Shown piece by piece: positions 45,996 to 55,617 of a DNA stretch of 64,000 bases; the stretch's first letter is position 1; the number at the start of each line of letters is the position of its first letter. The stretch comes from an uncultured Chloroflexia bacterium (GTDB lineage: Bacteria > Chloroflexota > Limnocylindria > Limnocylindrales > CSP1-4): NCBI GenBank assembly GCA_963766735.1, contig CAVYBU010000007.1:288001-352000 (forward strand). The letters are read 5' to 3'. The position numbers and the translations under genes were made by a program. The notes beneath the pieces were generated by a model. It was not told the DNA's origin, made no database searches, and worked only from the letters and a program-made list of their open reading frames with translations.

Positions 45996-46022
45996 TTGGC
46001 ACTCTCGCGTTGAGAGTGCCAA
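45996..46022. promoter_or_regulatory. CIRCE element (HrcA operator)
   Basis: TTGGCACTC-N9-GAGTGCCAA upstream of groES. Confidence 0.92.
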
Positions 46023-46023
46023 C

Positions 46024-46052
46024 AAGGTAGCGAATGGTCGTCCGGCTGTCAA
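46024..46052 (-). promoter_or_regulatory. Sigma-70-type promoter of groESL
   Basis: TTGACA-N17-TACCTT directly upstream of the CIRCE. Confidence 0.75.
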
Positions 46053-46386
46053 CCGCGGCGTCGTGGACAGTGCTCACCGCTCACCTGGGCGGCGCGAAAC
46101 GCTGGGACTGGCAGTCACAGCTGCGCCGGAACGCGATGCTGCCCCATGACTGCGGCGCACTCCCCGCGCCTGCGGATGCCCGGATTCGGGCCTCTCCTGC
46201 GACCACCAGCCCCAGGTGAGCCCATCGCGACGGTGCAGCTCTGACCTGGAGTCCTCTGTCCGCTGCCGCCTGGTGGCGCAGCCGCCCGCGCAGCAGCCGG
46301 TCCGGGCAACGAACGACCCCGGCAGCAGGCGCCGCCGGGGTCCGATCTTCGGGCGCCTTGCCTGGGCGAGGCGCTCGTCTACGGGT

Positions 46387-46719
46387 CTAGAGCCCGAGCG
46401 CCTTGGCCTTGGCCGCGGCGAACTCCTCGTCGCTGAGGATGCCGGCAGAGTGCAGGCTGGCGAGGTTCGTCAGCTGCGCCATCACCGGGTCCGCGGCCGG
46501 AGCCGCGGGAGCGGCAGCCGGAGCGGCGGCTGCCGGAGCGGCAGCCTGCTGCGCCTGGAGGGCGGCGATCTGCGCATCCTGGTCGGCCAGCTGCTGCTGC
46601 TGAGCCTGGTCGTTGTACTGCTCCTGGGCCTTCTTGTTCGCGTGGGAGGTGCCCACGCTCGCTGCCGTGCCGACCACGGCTGCCGTCATGAGAAGACCGG
46701 GGCCTCGTCGTCGTCGCAT
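46387..46719 (-). CDS. SHOCT domain-containing protein
   Basis: C-terminal 'QLTNLASLHSAGILSDEEFAAAKAKAL'. Confidence 0.85.
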   Translation of the reverse strand: MRRRRGPGLLMTAAVVGTAASVGTSHANKKAQEQYNDQAQQQQLADQDAQIAALQAQQAAAPAAAAPAAAPAAPAADPVMAQLTNLASLHSAGILSDEEFAAAKAKALGL

Positions 46720-46752
46720 TCGGATTCGTTCCTTCCTGGTCGTTCGGGTGGG

Positions 46753-47190
46753 TTACGCGGAGAGGGCTGCGGCCTCGATCTCGGCCTCCAGCATCTCCAG
46801 GGACTCGGGCCGGATTGACTCCCGCGCGATCAGGAATCCGCCGGCGTTGACCATCGCGGTCTTGAGCTTCACGGCCCAGCGGTGCTCGAACATGATCACG
46901 AGCGCGGAGGTGTTCGGCTCGAGGTCAGCCGCGATCTCGTCGATGTCCTCCTCGGTCAGCAGGCCGGTGAGGCCCTCGAACATCCCTGCGAACCCGGCGA
47001 AGCGCGGATCGTCCTTGTTGTCGAGCTCCAGGGACTTGGCGTTGCCGTCGATGTCCTTGGTGACGAACACGAGGTCCACCAGGGCGATGATCCCCGAGTC
47101 GATGACCTCGGCGAGGTCCTTGGCGATCTCGCCGTTGAACCGGTTCCCTTCGAACCCGATGACCGTGTACTCGAGCGGTCCCAGCGTCAT
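46753..47190 (-). CDS. DUF6325/DUF1269-like protein
   Basis: 'LGPLEYTVIGF.GNRF.GEI...DLVFVTKD...FEHRWA'; AGGAGG RBS. Confidence 0.75.
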   Translation of the reverse strand: MTLGPLEYTVIGFEGNRFNGEIAKDLAEVIDSGIIALVDLVFVTKDIDGNAKSLELDNKDDPRFAGFAGMFEGLTGLLTEEDIDEIAADLEPNTSALVIMFEHRWAVKLKTAMVNAGGFLIARESIRPESLEMLEAEIEAAALSA

Positions 47191-47500
47191 GGTTTCCTCC
47201 TGATGTCCCGGGCACGAACGTCGATCCCGGATCGCCGCGAGGATCGACGAGGATCTGTGACGTTCCCCACGCTCGCGCGGAGAGAGTCTAATCCCTCGGG
47301 TGCCGATTGCGCCTCACCCACAACAGGCGATGGTGGCGCAGTCCAGGCCGAGTCGCGCAGTCACATGCCGGCGAGGCTCGTGGGCGCTCGCCGTCCAATA
47401 GGCGCGGCGGACCAGGGGATCCGCGCCGGGATCGCCAACCAGGCGGGAGCGTCAGGCGCTACCGTCCTCGCAGCATCGACGACAGGCAGATGGAGGAGAC

Positions 47501-48538
47501 ATGACCGTGAACACGGGCACCGGCGCCACGGTGCCGCAGCTCGGGCAACCCCCGCACCCGGGGCTCATCGATGCTCGGCAGTCGCTCGGGCCGGCCAAGC
47601 TCGGCGACCTGTTCCCGGAAGGCGAGCTGTTCCGGCGATCGCTGCTGACCTTCGTCGCGCTCCTGGCGCTCGCAGGGCTGATCGCCTCCTTCGGCCTCTA
47701 CCAGGACTCCGTCGCATCGATCATCGGCGCGATGGTCGTGGCGCCCCTCGGGGGCGCGATCATGGCCTTCGCCGGGGCCCTCGTCACGGGGCGGACGCGC
47801 TGGCAGGGGATCACCCTGCTCCAGGTGGGGCTGGGCGCGCTGATGGTCGCCGGGATCGGGTACCTGGTCTCGTGGGTCATGCCCGATCCACTCGCTCTCA
47901 CGCCGTCGCTCGAGGCGCGCACGTCGCCGGGGCTGCTCGACCTGGGCGTCGCGCTCAGCGCGGGAGCCGCCGGCGCCTGGGTCGCCGTCCGCCGCACCGG
48001 CAGCGACGCGCTGCCGGGCGTCGCGATCGCCGTGTCGCTCGTGCCGCCGCTTGCCACGGTGGGGATCTGCCTGGAGCTCGGGCGCCCAGACGACGCGTTC
48101 GGTGCGTTGACCCTGTTCCTCACCAACTTCTGCGCGATCGTCGTGGTGGCCTGCATCGTGTTCATGACGGCCGGCGCTGCTCCCAGCCGGGAGATGATGC
48201 GAGAGCGTCACCGGCTGCGCAATGGCTTCATCCTGGCCCTCGTCGCGCTCGTGATCATCGCGATCCCGCTCGCCATCCACGGCATCGACACGGCTCGATC
48301 GACCATCTGGAGCACGATCGGCGCTCCGGTCGTCCGCGAGTGGGTGGGCGACCGCGACCTCGAGGTGACCGCCTGGAGCATCACCGGCGACACGGTCTCG
48401 ATCGCGCTGACCGGGCCCGATGCCCCGGCCGCGGCCACGCCGCTCGCTGCGTCCCTGGCGCAGGCCATCGGCCAGGCCGTCAACCTGGAGATCAGCTACA
48501 CCCCCGTGGTGCACGAGCAGGCAAGCGCGTCGCCGTAG
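47501..48538 (+). CDS. DUF389-family membrane protein
   Basis: 'DSVASIIGAMVVAPL', 'LPGVAIAVSLVPPL', 'LFLTN'. Confidence 0.88.
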   Translation: MTVNTGTGATVPQLGQPPHPGLIDARQSLGPAKLGDLFPEGELFRRSLLTFVALLALAGLIASFGLYQDSVASIIGAMVVAPLGGAIMAFAGALVTGRTRWQGITLLQVGLGALMVAGIGYLVSWVMPDPLALTPSLEARTSPGLLDLGVALSAGAAGAWVAVRRTGSDALPGVAIAVSLVPPLATVGICLELGRPDDAFGALTLFLTNFCAIVVVACIVFMTAGAAPSREMMRERHRLRNGFILALVALVIIAIPLAIHGIDTARSTIWSTIGAPVVREWVGDRDLEVTAWSITGDTVSIALTGPDAPAAATPLAASLAQAIGQAVNLEISYTPVVHEQASASP

Positions 48539-48600
48539 CCGGGGCGTCGCCAGGCGGGTGCGTCGCCGTCGTAGCGCGTCGCCGTAGCCGGGGCGTCGCC
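48524..48600. repeat. 28-bp direct repeat (48524-48551 and 48573-48600)
   Basis: AGCGCGTCGCCGTAGCCGGGGCGTCGCC occurs twice and spans the DUF389 stop. Confidence 0.8.
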
Positions 48601-48615
48601 GTGGCCCGCCCTCCG

Positions 48616-49443
48616 TCAGCGCGGGCGCACCCGCGGGAACGTGCCGTCGTACGCGGGCACCAGGGAGTCGCCCAGCTCGTCCTCCCCCACCCCGCGGAGG
48701 CCCGCCGCCCAGCGGGCCGTGATCGACACCCAGGCCGGCTCGTTGCGCGACCGCGGGGCTCCCGGCGGCGACAGGAACGGCGAATCCGTCTCGACCAGGA
48801 GCCGCTCCGCGGGGACGAGGGCGACCGCCTCCGCCGAGGGCTCCTCGCCGCGCCGGAACACGAGGCCGGAGAAGCTCACCGCGAGGCCCATCGCGATCAC
48901 CGTCTCCGCGTAGTCCACGGGACCAGAGAAGCTGTGGATCACCGCCGGTGGCCGGCTGCCGAACGCCGCCCGTGCCGGCGCCCCGTCGAACCCCGCTGCC
49001 CTCAGCTCGTCCACGAGCGCGTCCTGCGCGTCGCGCGCGCCGGCGCGCGAGCGACAGTGGAGGATCGCCGGCTTCCCGGTCGCCAGCGCGAGCGCGAGGT
49101 TGGCCCGCAGATTGTCCAGCTGGGCGTCCCACGGCGAGAACATCCGGTCCGAGTCGAGACCGGTCTCCCCGATTCCGACCACCCGCTCGTCACGTGCCCA
49201 GCCCTCGATCGCCCCCCACTCGGCATCCGTCACCTTCGCGGCGTCGTGGGGATGCACTCCGACGGCCGCGTCCAGCCACGACCATTGGTCGGCCAGGTCC
49301 AGCGCACGCTCGGACGAGTGGGCGTTCCAGCCCGGGACGAGGATCCGCTCGAGCCCGGCCAGGCGCGCGTCATCCACCACGGCTCCGACGTCGTCCGCGA
49401 AGCGGTCCGCGTTGAGATGCCCGTGGGAGTCGATCAGGCGCAC
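48616..49443 (-). CDS. tatD: TatD-family hydrolase
   Basis: 'IDSHGHL', 'GVHPH', 'IGETGLD', 'ETDSPFL'. Confidence 0.92.
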   Translation of the reverse strand: MRLIDSHGHLNADRFADDVGAVVDDARLAGLERILVPGWNAHSSERALDLADQWSWLDAAVGVHPHDAAKVTDAEWGAIEGWARDERVVGIGETGLDSDRMFSPWDAQLDNLRANLALALATGKPAILHCRSRAGARDAQDALVDELRAAGFDGAPARAAFGSRPPAVIHSFSGPVDYAETVIAMGLAVSFSGLVFRRGEEPSAEAVALVPAERLLVETDSPFLSPPGAPRSRNEPAWVSITARWAAGLRGVGEDELGDSLVPAYDGTFPRVRPR

Positions 49444-49518
49444 GGGTCGATGGTACGCGGCGCGTGGGCCCGACGGTTGGAGACCACTCGGCCGGCGATG
49501 GGCCCGAGCCGGTGCGTG

Positions 49519-49893
49519 TCAGCGGCGAGGGGCGTCGGGCGATGCCTCGAACAGGCCAACCTCGGTGCCCTCGGAATCGAGAACCACGGCAAACCGGCCC
49601 ATGCCCGCGCCGATCACCGTCGGGGCCTCCACGATCGACCCGCCGTTCGTTTCGGCCGCGGCGCAGGCATCCTCGAGCGAATCGACGGAGATGTAGATCC
49701 GGAGTGCCCTGGCGATCGTCTCGCCACGCGTGCCGATGGCCCCGCCCTGCCCTGGTGCGGTGCTGAACAGGTGGTAGCCGGGCATCTCCGGCATCTCGCC
49801 GAACTCCCAGCCCGCGACCGCGGCATAGAAGCGCTTCGCGCGCTCGGGATCGTCGGCGGGGAACTCGACGTGGGTGATCTCGCCTCTGGCCAT
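49519..49893 (-). CDS. VOC (glyoxalase/bleomycin resistance) family protein
   Basis: 'HVEFPADDPERAKRFY...GW', 'GRFAVVLDSEG'. Confidence 0.88.
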   Translation of the reverse strand: MARGEITHVEFPADDPERAKRFYAAVAGWEFGEMPEMPGYHLFSTAPGQGGAIGTRGETIARALRIYISVDSLEDACAAAETNGGSIVEAPTVIGAGMGRFAVVLDSEGTEVGLFEASPDAPRR

Positions 49894-49964
49894 GACCAGC
49901 ACCTCGTGGGACGCGGAGTGGACCCGGAGCATACGGCGACGGCGTCGGCGCGGCTCCAGACGGA

Positions 49965-51614
49965 CTACGCCTCCGGGGCTTCGGCCGTCTCGATCTCGAT
50001 GCGCGGGAACAGCGGCACGGGCGTGTCGGTCACCCGGCCGGGACTGCTCGCCGCTCCCCACACCAGCAGCTCCAGGATCCCGGGGCCACCGTTGCCGTCC
50101 TCCGCGTACGGATACGTGTACCCGAGCTGCTCCAGGATGCGCGGAGCGATGCCAGGCATGAACGGCGCAACCGCCAGCCCCACCAGCCTGCAGGCCTCGA
50201 CCAGGTCGCCCAGCACCCCCCGCAGGCGCGCCTCGGCTTCCACGTCGCCGGCCTTCGCTGCCTTCGCCAGCGTCCACGGCTGCTCGGCATCAACCGTCTT
50301 GTTCGCCCCGCCCACGAATTCCCAGAGCTCGCCCAGGGCGTCATGGAGGAGGGTGGCGTCCAGTCGCTCCCCGTACAGCCGCAGGGTGTCGGTCCAGCCC
50401 TCGGCCAGCGGCGACTGCCCGGCTGCGCGCGGATGCGGCCGTTCCCCGCCGAAGTACCGGTTGACCATCGAGACGGTGCGGTTGACGAGGTTGCCGAAGT
50501 CGTTGGCGAGGTCCGCGTTGTAGCGGCGGACGAACGAGTCCCAGGAGACCTCGGTATCACGATCGAAGGCGACCTCGCGCAGGGTCACGTACCGGGCGCC
50601 GTCCGCGCCGAACGCCGCGACGACCGCGTGGGGGTCCAGGAAGTTGCCCCGGCTCTTGCTCATCCGCTCGCCGCCCTGGACCAGCAGCCAGCCGTGGACC
50701 CAGACGTGCTTCGGCGCATCGATCCCGGCCGACCACAGCATCGCCGGCCAGTAGATGGTGTGGAAGCGGGCGATGTCCTTCCCGATCACGTGGAGATCCG
50801 CCGGCCACCACTCGCGGAACAGGTCCATGTTGTCCGGGAATCCTGCGCCGGTGATGTAGTTGATCAGCGCGTCGTACCAGACATAGATGGTGCCGGCGTC
50901 CGGGTCCCACGAACCGTCCGATCGCTGGGCGGACGATCCGTCCGGCATCACCGGGAACGGGATCCCCCACGTGGCGCCCGCGCGGCTGATCGAGAAGTCC
51001 TGCAGCCCCTGGCGGATGAAGCCCAGCATCTCGTTGCGCCGGTAGTCCGGCTGGACGAAGTCCGGGTTCTTCTCGTACCAGTCGAGCAGGCGGTCCTGGT
51101 AGGCCGACAGCCGGAAGAACCAGTTCCTCTCCGACAGCCACTGCAGCGGCACGTCCGGGTGATTGGGGCACTGCATGCCCTTCGCGGTCTCGTGCAGGTC
51201 GGAGGGCGCCTTGAAGCCCTCGCTGGGGCAGTACCAGCCGTCGTAGCTCGCCTGGTAGATGTCGCCGTTGGCGTACGCCTTGCGGACCATCTCCTGGGCG
51301 GAGCGGTAGTGGTCAGGGTCGGTGGTGCGGATGAACCGGTCGGGGCTGATGAGGAGCGCGTCCTCGGCCGCCCTGAACAGCGCCACCTTCTCGTCCACGA
51401 ACGCGCGAGGGGTGACTCCGAGGGCATCGGCGGACTGGGCGATGTTGACCGAGTGCTCGTCCGTGCCGGTCAGGAACCGCGTGTCGTCGCCCTGCATCCG
51501 GTGCCAGCGCGCGACCACGTCCGCCCCGATCACCTCGTACACGGTGTGGAGTCCGGGCGCGTTGTTCGCGTACGCGATGGCGGTGGTCAGGTAGAAGCGC
51601 TTGCGATCTGACAT
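49965..51614 (-). CDS. metG: Methionine--tRNA ligase (short form, atypical HIGH motif)
   Basis: 'FYLTTAI.Y.N', 'FLTGTDEH', 'YVWYDALINY', 'IGKDI.RFH.IYWPA', RMSKS. Confidence 0.95.
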   Translation of the reverse strand: MSDRKRFYLTTAIAYANNAPGLHTVYEVIGADVVARWHRMQGDDTRFLTGTDEHSVNIAQSADALGVTPRAFVDEKVALFRAAEDALLISPDRFIRTTDPDHYRSAQEMVRKAYANGDIYQASYDGWYCPSEGFKAPSDLHETAKGMQCPNHPDVPLQWLSERNWFFRLSAYQDRLLDWYEKNPDFVQPDYRRNEMLGFIRQGLQDFSISRAGATWGIPFPVMPDGSSAQRSDGSWDPDAGTIYVWYDALINYITGAGFPDNMDLFREWWPADLHVIGKDIARFHTIYWPAMLWSAGIDAPKHVWVHGWLLVQGGERMSKSRGNFLDPHAVVAAFGADGARYVTLREVAFDRDTEVSWDSFVRRYNADLANDFGNLVNRTVSMVNRYFGGERPHPRAAGQSPLAEGWTDTLRLYGERLDATLLHDALGELWEFVGGANKTVDAEQPWTLAKAAKAGDVEAEARLRGVLGDLVEACRLVGLAVAPFMPGIAPRILEQLGYTYPYAEDGNGGPGILELLVWGAASSPGRVTDTPVPLFPRIEIETAEAPEA

Positions 51615-51643
51615 GGCTGCTCGATGGTAACAGCGGCGGGGGT

Positions 51644-52348
51644 TCAGCCGAGCCCCAACACCCCTGCGACGCGCCCGGCAACAACGGCGATTGCGTCGCC
51701 GGGACGACGTTCGAGGACCGGGATGCCGGCAGCCTCGGCGTCCTCGACCATCGCGCGGGCAAGATGGCGGTCCAGGGCCAGGAACCGCCCGACCGGGTCG
51801 GCGACCGCCGTCACACCGGCCACCATGTCGAGGAACGCGCGGCGATCCTCGGTCGCGGTCCAGACGCGGGCCTGGTCCGCGAGCGGCAGGGCGAGGCAGG
51901 CGACACGATCCGTCGCCACGACGCGAGCCAGCACCCCGACGCTCCCGAAACCGCCGTCGATGAGCAACTGGCGGTCGGGGTCCATGTCGCGGAGCTCGTC
52001 GACGAGCAGGTCCAGTGCCTCCGCGGTGCTGGCCGCCTGGAACGCGAGGTACGCCTCCGGCTCGAGCGCCAGCTGCCAGGCAAGGGGATCGGGCGCCACC
52101 GCCCAGGCGTGACTTGCCGGGTGGCGCGCCGCGTCGAACCTGCCGTGCCAGCTGCCGTAGATCCGGGCGTCCATGTCCAGCACGTCGATGCCCATGCGTT
52201 CGGCCAGCGCGGCACAGACCGTCGTCTTGCCCGTGCCCGCGGCCCCGACGACGAACCGGAGCCCGGATCTCGCCTGCAGGGCTTCCCGGGCGCCGTCGAC
52301 CAGTGCGGCATCTACCGGGCCGGCCTCGCCGTGTGCCATCCCGGTCAT
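51644..52348 (-). CDS. P-loop small-molecule kinase-like protein
   Basis: Walker A 'GAAGTGKTT', 'VLDMD', 'LLIDGG'. Confidence 0.65.
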   Translation of the reverse strand: MTGMAHGEAGPVDAALVDGAREALQARSGLRFVVGAAGTGKTTVCAALAERMGIDVLDMDARIYGSWHGRFDAARHPASHAWAVAPDPLAWQLALEPEAYLAFQAASTAEALDLLVDELRDMDPDRQLLIDGGFGSVGVLARVVATDRVACLALPLADQARVWTATEDRRAFLDMVAGVTAVADPVGRFLALDRHLARAMVEDAEAAGIPVLERRPGDAIAVVAGRVAGVLGLG

Positions 52349-53313
52349 CGGAGCGCTGCGCTGAAGAAGCCTGCCAGGCGCTCCTCGTACAGCTCGGGAT
52401 CGACGAAGGCAGCCTGCACGTGTTCCACTCCCTCGAGGATCCACGGATCGACGGCTGTTCCACCCTGGCCCGCGGCAGCGGCGAGCGCGATGCCCTGGCT
52501 GACGTCGATGGTGGCGTCCGATGAGCCGTGGACGATGTACACGGGACGGCCCGCCAGCCTGGTCCGGAAGTAGTCCGCCGGGCTCGCTCCGAGCAGGTCG
52601 TCGCCGCCGATGATCCCGCCGATGAAGAGCGCACCGGGGACGAGCCAGCCGGGTTTGTCGTTGGCGTCGGCGTAGAAGGTCGACGCCTCCAGGATGTTGG
52701 CGTACGGGCTGTCGAGAAAGGCCGCTGCAATCGCGGGCTCGCGACCCATCGCGATCGAGACAGACCCGGCGCCCATCGAGCTGCCGTACAGGCCGATGTG
52801 ATCCGCCGTGTACCCCAGGTCCCGGAGCCACTGCCAGGCGCCCAGCACGTCCTGCCACTCGTCGGTGCCGCCAGCCCAATGCCCGTCCTCGCTGTCCAAT
52901 TCGCCGTGGTCCCGCAGATCCGGCACCAGCACCCCGAAGCCGGCCCGCGCAAGCATGCCCGCGGGCAGCAGCGAGGTGGCGTCGCGGCGGCACGAGCCCT
53001 TGCCGTGGACCACGATCACAACCCGATCCCCGCCGTCTCGCGGCGCGACCCACCAGGCGCGGAGCGTCAGCCCGGACGTGAGGCTCGGAATCGACACATC
53101 CTGCGCGTCGAAGTGGAACGCGGCGGCGTCCACGAACGGCCCGGTCTCCTGGTTCCACGCGCCGACGAAGTTCGCAGGCGTCTGGGTGGTGCGCGTGGCG
53201 AGGCAGCTCCCATCGACCGTCGTGATCTGGTCCCAGGCGGCGGCCGACACCCCGAGGTACGCCACCACCCCAACCCCAACAGCGAGGACCAGGGCGATCA
53301 GCAGTTTGCGCAC
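52345..53313 (-). CDS. Membrane-anchored or secreted alpha/beta hydrolase
   Basis: N-terminal TM, 'VVHG', 'DLRDHG', GSSMG, 'VHGSSD', catalytic His. Confidence 0.85.
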   Translation of the reverse strand: MRKLLIALVLAVGVGVVAYLGVSAAAWDQITTVDGSCLATRTTQTPANFVGAWNQETGPFVDAAAFHFDAQDVSIPSLTSGLTLRAWWVAPRDGGDRVVIVVHGKGSCRRDATSLLPAGMLARAGFGVLVPDLRDHGELDSEDGHWAGGTDEWQDVLGAWQWLRDLGYTADHIGLYGSSMGAGSVSIAMGREPAIAAAFLDSPYANILEASTFYADANDKPGWLVPGALFIGGIIGGDDLLGASPADYFRTRLAGRPVYIVHGSSDATIDVSQGIALAAAAGQGGTAVDPWILEGVEHVQAAFVDPELYEERLAGFFSAALR

Positions 53314-53349
53314 GTCACCTCCCCGGATGCCTGCGGAACACGATGCGGC

Positions 53350-55617
53350 TCAGTGGCGGAAGTGCCGGGTACCGGTCACGAGCATCGCCGCGCCGGCGGC
53401 CTCGACGTCCACGAGGACCTCCGCGTCCCGCATCGATCCGCCGGGCTGGACGATGGCGCTCACGCCCGCGTCGAGCAGCACACGGGGGCCGTCCGCGAAC
53501 GGGAAGAACGCGTCCGACGCGGCGGCGGCGCCGATCGCGCCTGCTGCGCCCTGGAACAGGCGCGCCTTGTCAACGGCCCCGCGGCAGGCATCCACGCGGC
53601 TGACCTGCCCGGAGCCGACGCCGATGAGCATCCCGTCCCGCACGAGCACGATGGCGTTGGAGACCACTCCCCGGCAAAGGCGCCAGGCGAGGTCCAGGTC
53701 ACGCCGCTCGGCATCCGTCGGCGGCCGCGAGGTGGTGCAGCTCCACTCCGCGGGGTCGTCGATCAGGATGTCAGGGGCGGTGACGAGGACGGCCCCACCG
53801 GCAGTCCGGAACGACCCCAGGTAGTCCACGGCCAGGAGGCCGCGCTTCGTCAGCCCGCTCCGGTCCGCGGCAGCGTCCAGGCTCGGATCCAGGACCAGTC
53901 GCAGGTTCGGCTTCGCCGCCATGACCGCGCGGGCGTCTTCGTCGAACGCCGGCGCGACCACCACCTCGAGGAAGATCGAGACCAGCCGCTCGGCCAGGGC
54001 CCGCTCCACGGTGCCGGTGACCGCCACCACGCCGCCGAAGGCCGAGACAGGGTCGCCGGCCAGCGCCGAATCCCATGCCTCGAGCAGGGTTTCGCGCTCG
54101 GCGGCGCCGCACGGGTTCGTGTGCTTGACGATGACCACGGCGGGGCCGCGCATGAGGCGTGCGAGGGAGGCCGCGGCGGACGCGTCGAGCACGTTGTTGT
54201 AGCTGAGCGCCTTGCCCTGGAGCGGCGGCTCGCCGCTCGCGAAGGGCCCCTCCGCGGTTCGCGGTTCACGGTCGGTGCGGCGGTAGCGAGCGGCCGGCTG
54301 GTGGGGGTTCTCGCCGTAGCGGAGGGACTCGACCTTCTCGAGCGAGATCGTCAACACCGGCGGGTACGGGTCTTCGGAGCCTGGCAGACCGGGCTCCGGG
54401 GGAAGCTCCACCCCCGCCTCGAGCATCCGGCACGGCAGCTCCGCGGCAATGCGCGCGTCGTAGGCGGCGGTGTGGCGGAACGCCTCCACGGCAAGCGCGG
54501 ATCGGAGGCCCAGCGGGACCTCGCCCTGCTCGTCCAGCGCGGCAAGGACCTCGCCGTACTGCGCGGGCGAGGTGACGATCGCCACCGACGCGTGGTTCTT
54601 GGCGGCAGCGCGGACCATCGACGGCCCGCCGATGTCGATCTCCTCCACGAGGCCGTCGAAGGAGAGGTCGGACCTGCGGGCGGCGGCGGCGAACGGGTAG
54701 AGGTTGACGACGACGAGACCGAAGGGCGCGATGCCTGAGGCCAGGAGCGCCTCGCGGTGGTCGGCGCGGCGACGGTCCGCGAGGAGTCCTCCGTGGACCC
54801 GCGGGTGGAGCGTCTTCACGCGGCCGTCGAGCATCTCCGGGAAGCCGGTCACGGCCGCGACATCGGTCACGGGGAGACCCGCCTCGCGCAGTGCCCGCGC
54901 CGTGCCGCCGGTGCTGACCAGCTCCCAGCCACGGGCGACCAGGCCGCGACCCAGCTCGGCCAGGCCGGTCTTCTCGTAGACGGAGAGGAGGGCCCGTCGC
55001 GGGACGGGGAGGCGGGCATCGGCAACGGCCGTGTCCAGGCGCGCGCGCCGGGCGCCGGGGGCCACCGTGAGCGCCCCGGCCAGCAGCGCTGCCACGGTTG
55101 CCGGCAGGAGCCGGTGCTCGATCGGGTGGATCCGCGCCAGCAGCGAGGCCTCGTCGTCGTCCGGCAGCACCGGGACCGCCTCCTGGGCTGCGATCGGCCC
55201 ACCGTCCAACGTGGCGTCCACGAGGTGCACGGTCACGCCGCTCACGGCCACGCCGGCGGCCAGGGCGTCGCGCACCGCATGGAGGCCGGGAAATGACGGC
55301 AGCAGAGATGGATGGACGTTCAGGATCCGGCCACCGAAGGCCGCCAGGACCGCGGGGCCGATCAACCGCAGATACCCGGCCAGGACGACGACGTCCGGGG
55401 CCACGGCCAGCAGCGTCTCGGCCAGCGTCTCGTCATCGCCGCCGGGGACCAGGATCGTGTCGATCCCCTGCTCCGCCGCCCAGTCCAGCCCCGGGCACGG
55501 CCGATCCGCGAAGACGAGGACCACGTCACCGCCCAGCGTCCCCCGCCCCGCCGCTGCGACCAGCGAGCGCAGGTTGGACCCGGTGCCCGACACCCCGACC
55601 GCGATCCTGCCGCTCAC
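53350..55617 (-). CDS. purH: Fused PurN-PurH (GAR transformylase plus AICAR transformylase/IMP cyclohydrolase)
   Basis: PurN 'SGTGSNL...NVHPSLLP.F.G' then PurH 'GRVKTLHP', 'IDIGGP', 'LRYGENPHQ', 'SDAFFPF', 'RHFRH' in a single frame. Confidence 0.93.
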   Translation of the reverse strand: MSGRIAVGVSGTGSNLRSLVAAAGRGTLGGDVVLVFADRPCPGLDWAAEQGIDTILVPGGDDETLAETLLAVAPDVVVLAGYLRLIGPAVLAAFGGRILNVHPSLLPSFPGLHAVRDALAAGVAVSGVTVHLVDATLDGGPIAAQEAVPVLPDDDEASLLARIHPIEHRLLPATVAALLAGALTVAPGARRARLDTAVADARLPVPRRALLSVYEKTGLAELGRGLVARGWELVSTGGTARALREAGLPVTDVAAVTGFPEMLDGRVKTLHPRVHGGLLADRRRADHREALLASGIAPFGLVVVNLYPFAAAARRSDLSFDGLVEEIDIGGPSMVRAAAKNHASVAIVTSPAQYGEVLAALDEQGEVPLGLRSALAVEAFRHTAAYDARIAAELPCRMLEAGVELPPEPGLPGSEDPYPPVLTISLEKVESLRYGENPHQPAARYRRTDREPRTAEGPFASGEPPLQGKALSYNNVLDASAAASLARLMRGPAVVIVKHTNPCGAAERETLLEAWDSALAGDPVSAFGGVVAVTGTVERALAERLVSIFLEVVVAPAFDEDARAVMAAKPNLRLVLDPSLDAAADRSGLTKRGLLAVDYLGSFRTAGGAVLVTAPDILIDDPAEWSCTTSRPPTDAERRDLDLAWRLCRGVVSNAIVLVRDGMLIGVGSGQVSRVDACRGAVDKARLFQGAAGAIGAAAASDAFFPFADGPRVLLDAGVSAIVQPGGSMRDAEVLVDVEAAGAAMLVTGTRHFRH

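Noticed and set aside
46882-50523. 1213-aa plus-strand ORF (likewise 6516-8993, 52528-54738, 58120-60798)
   Set aside because: Arg/Gly-rich shadow frames overlapping well-supported genes, as expected at this GC content
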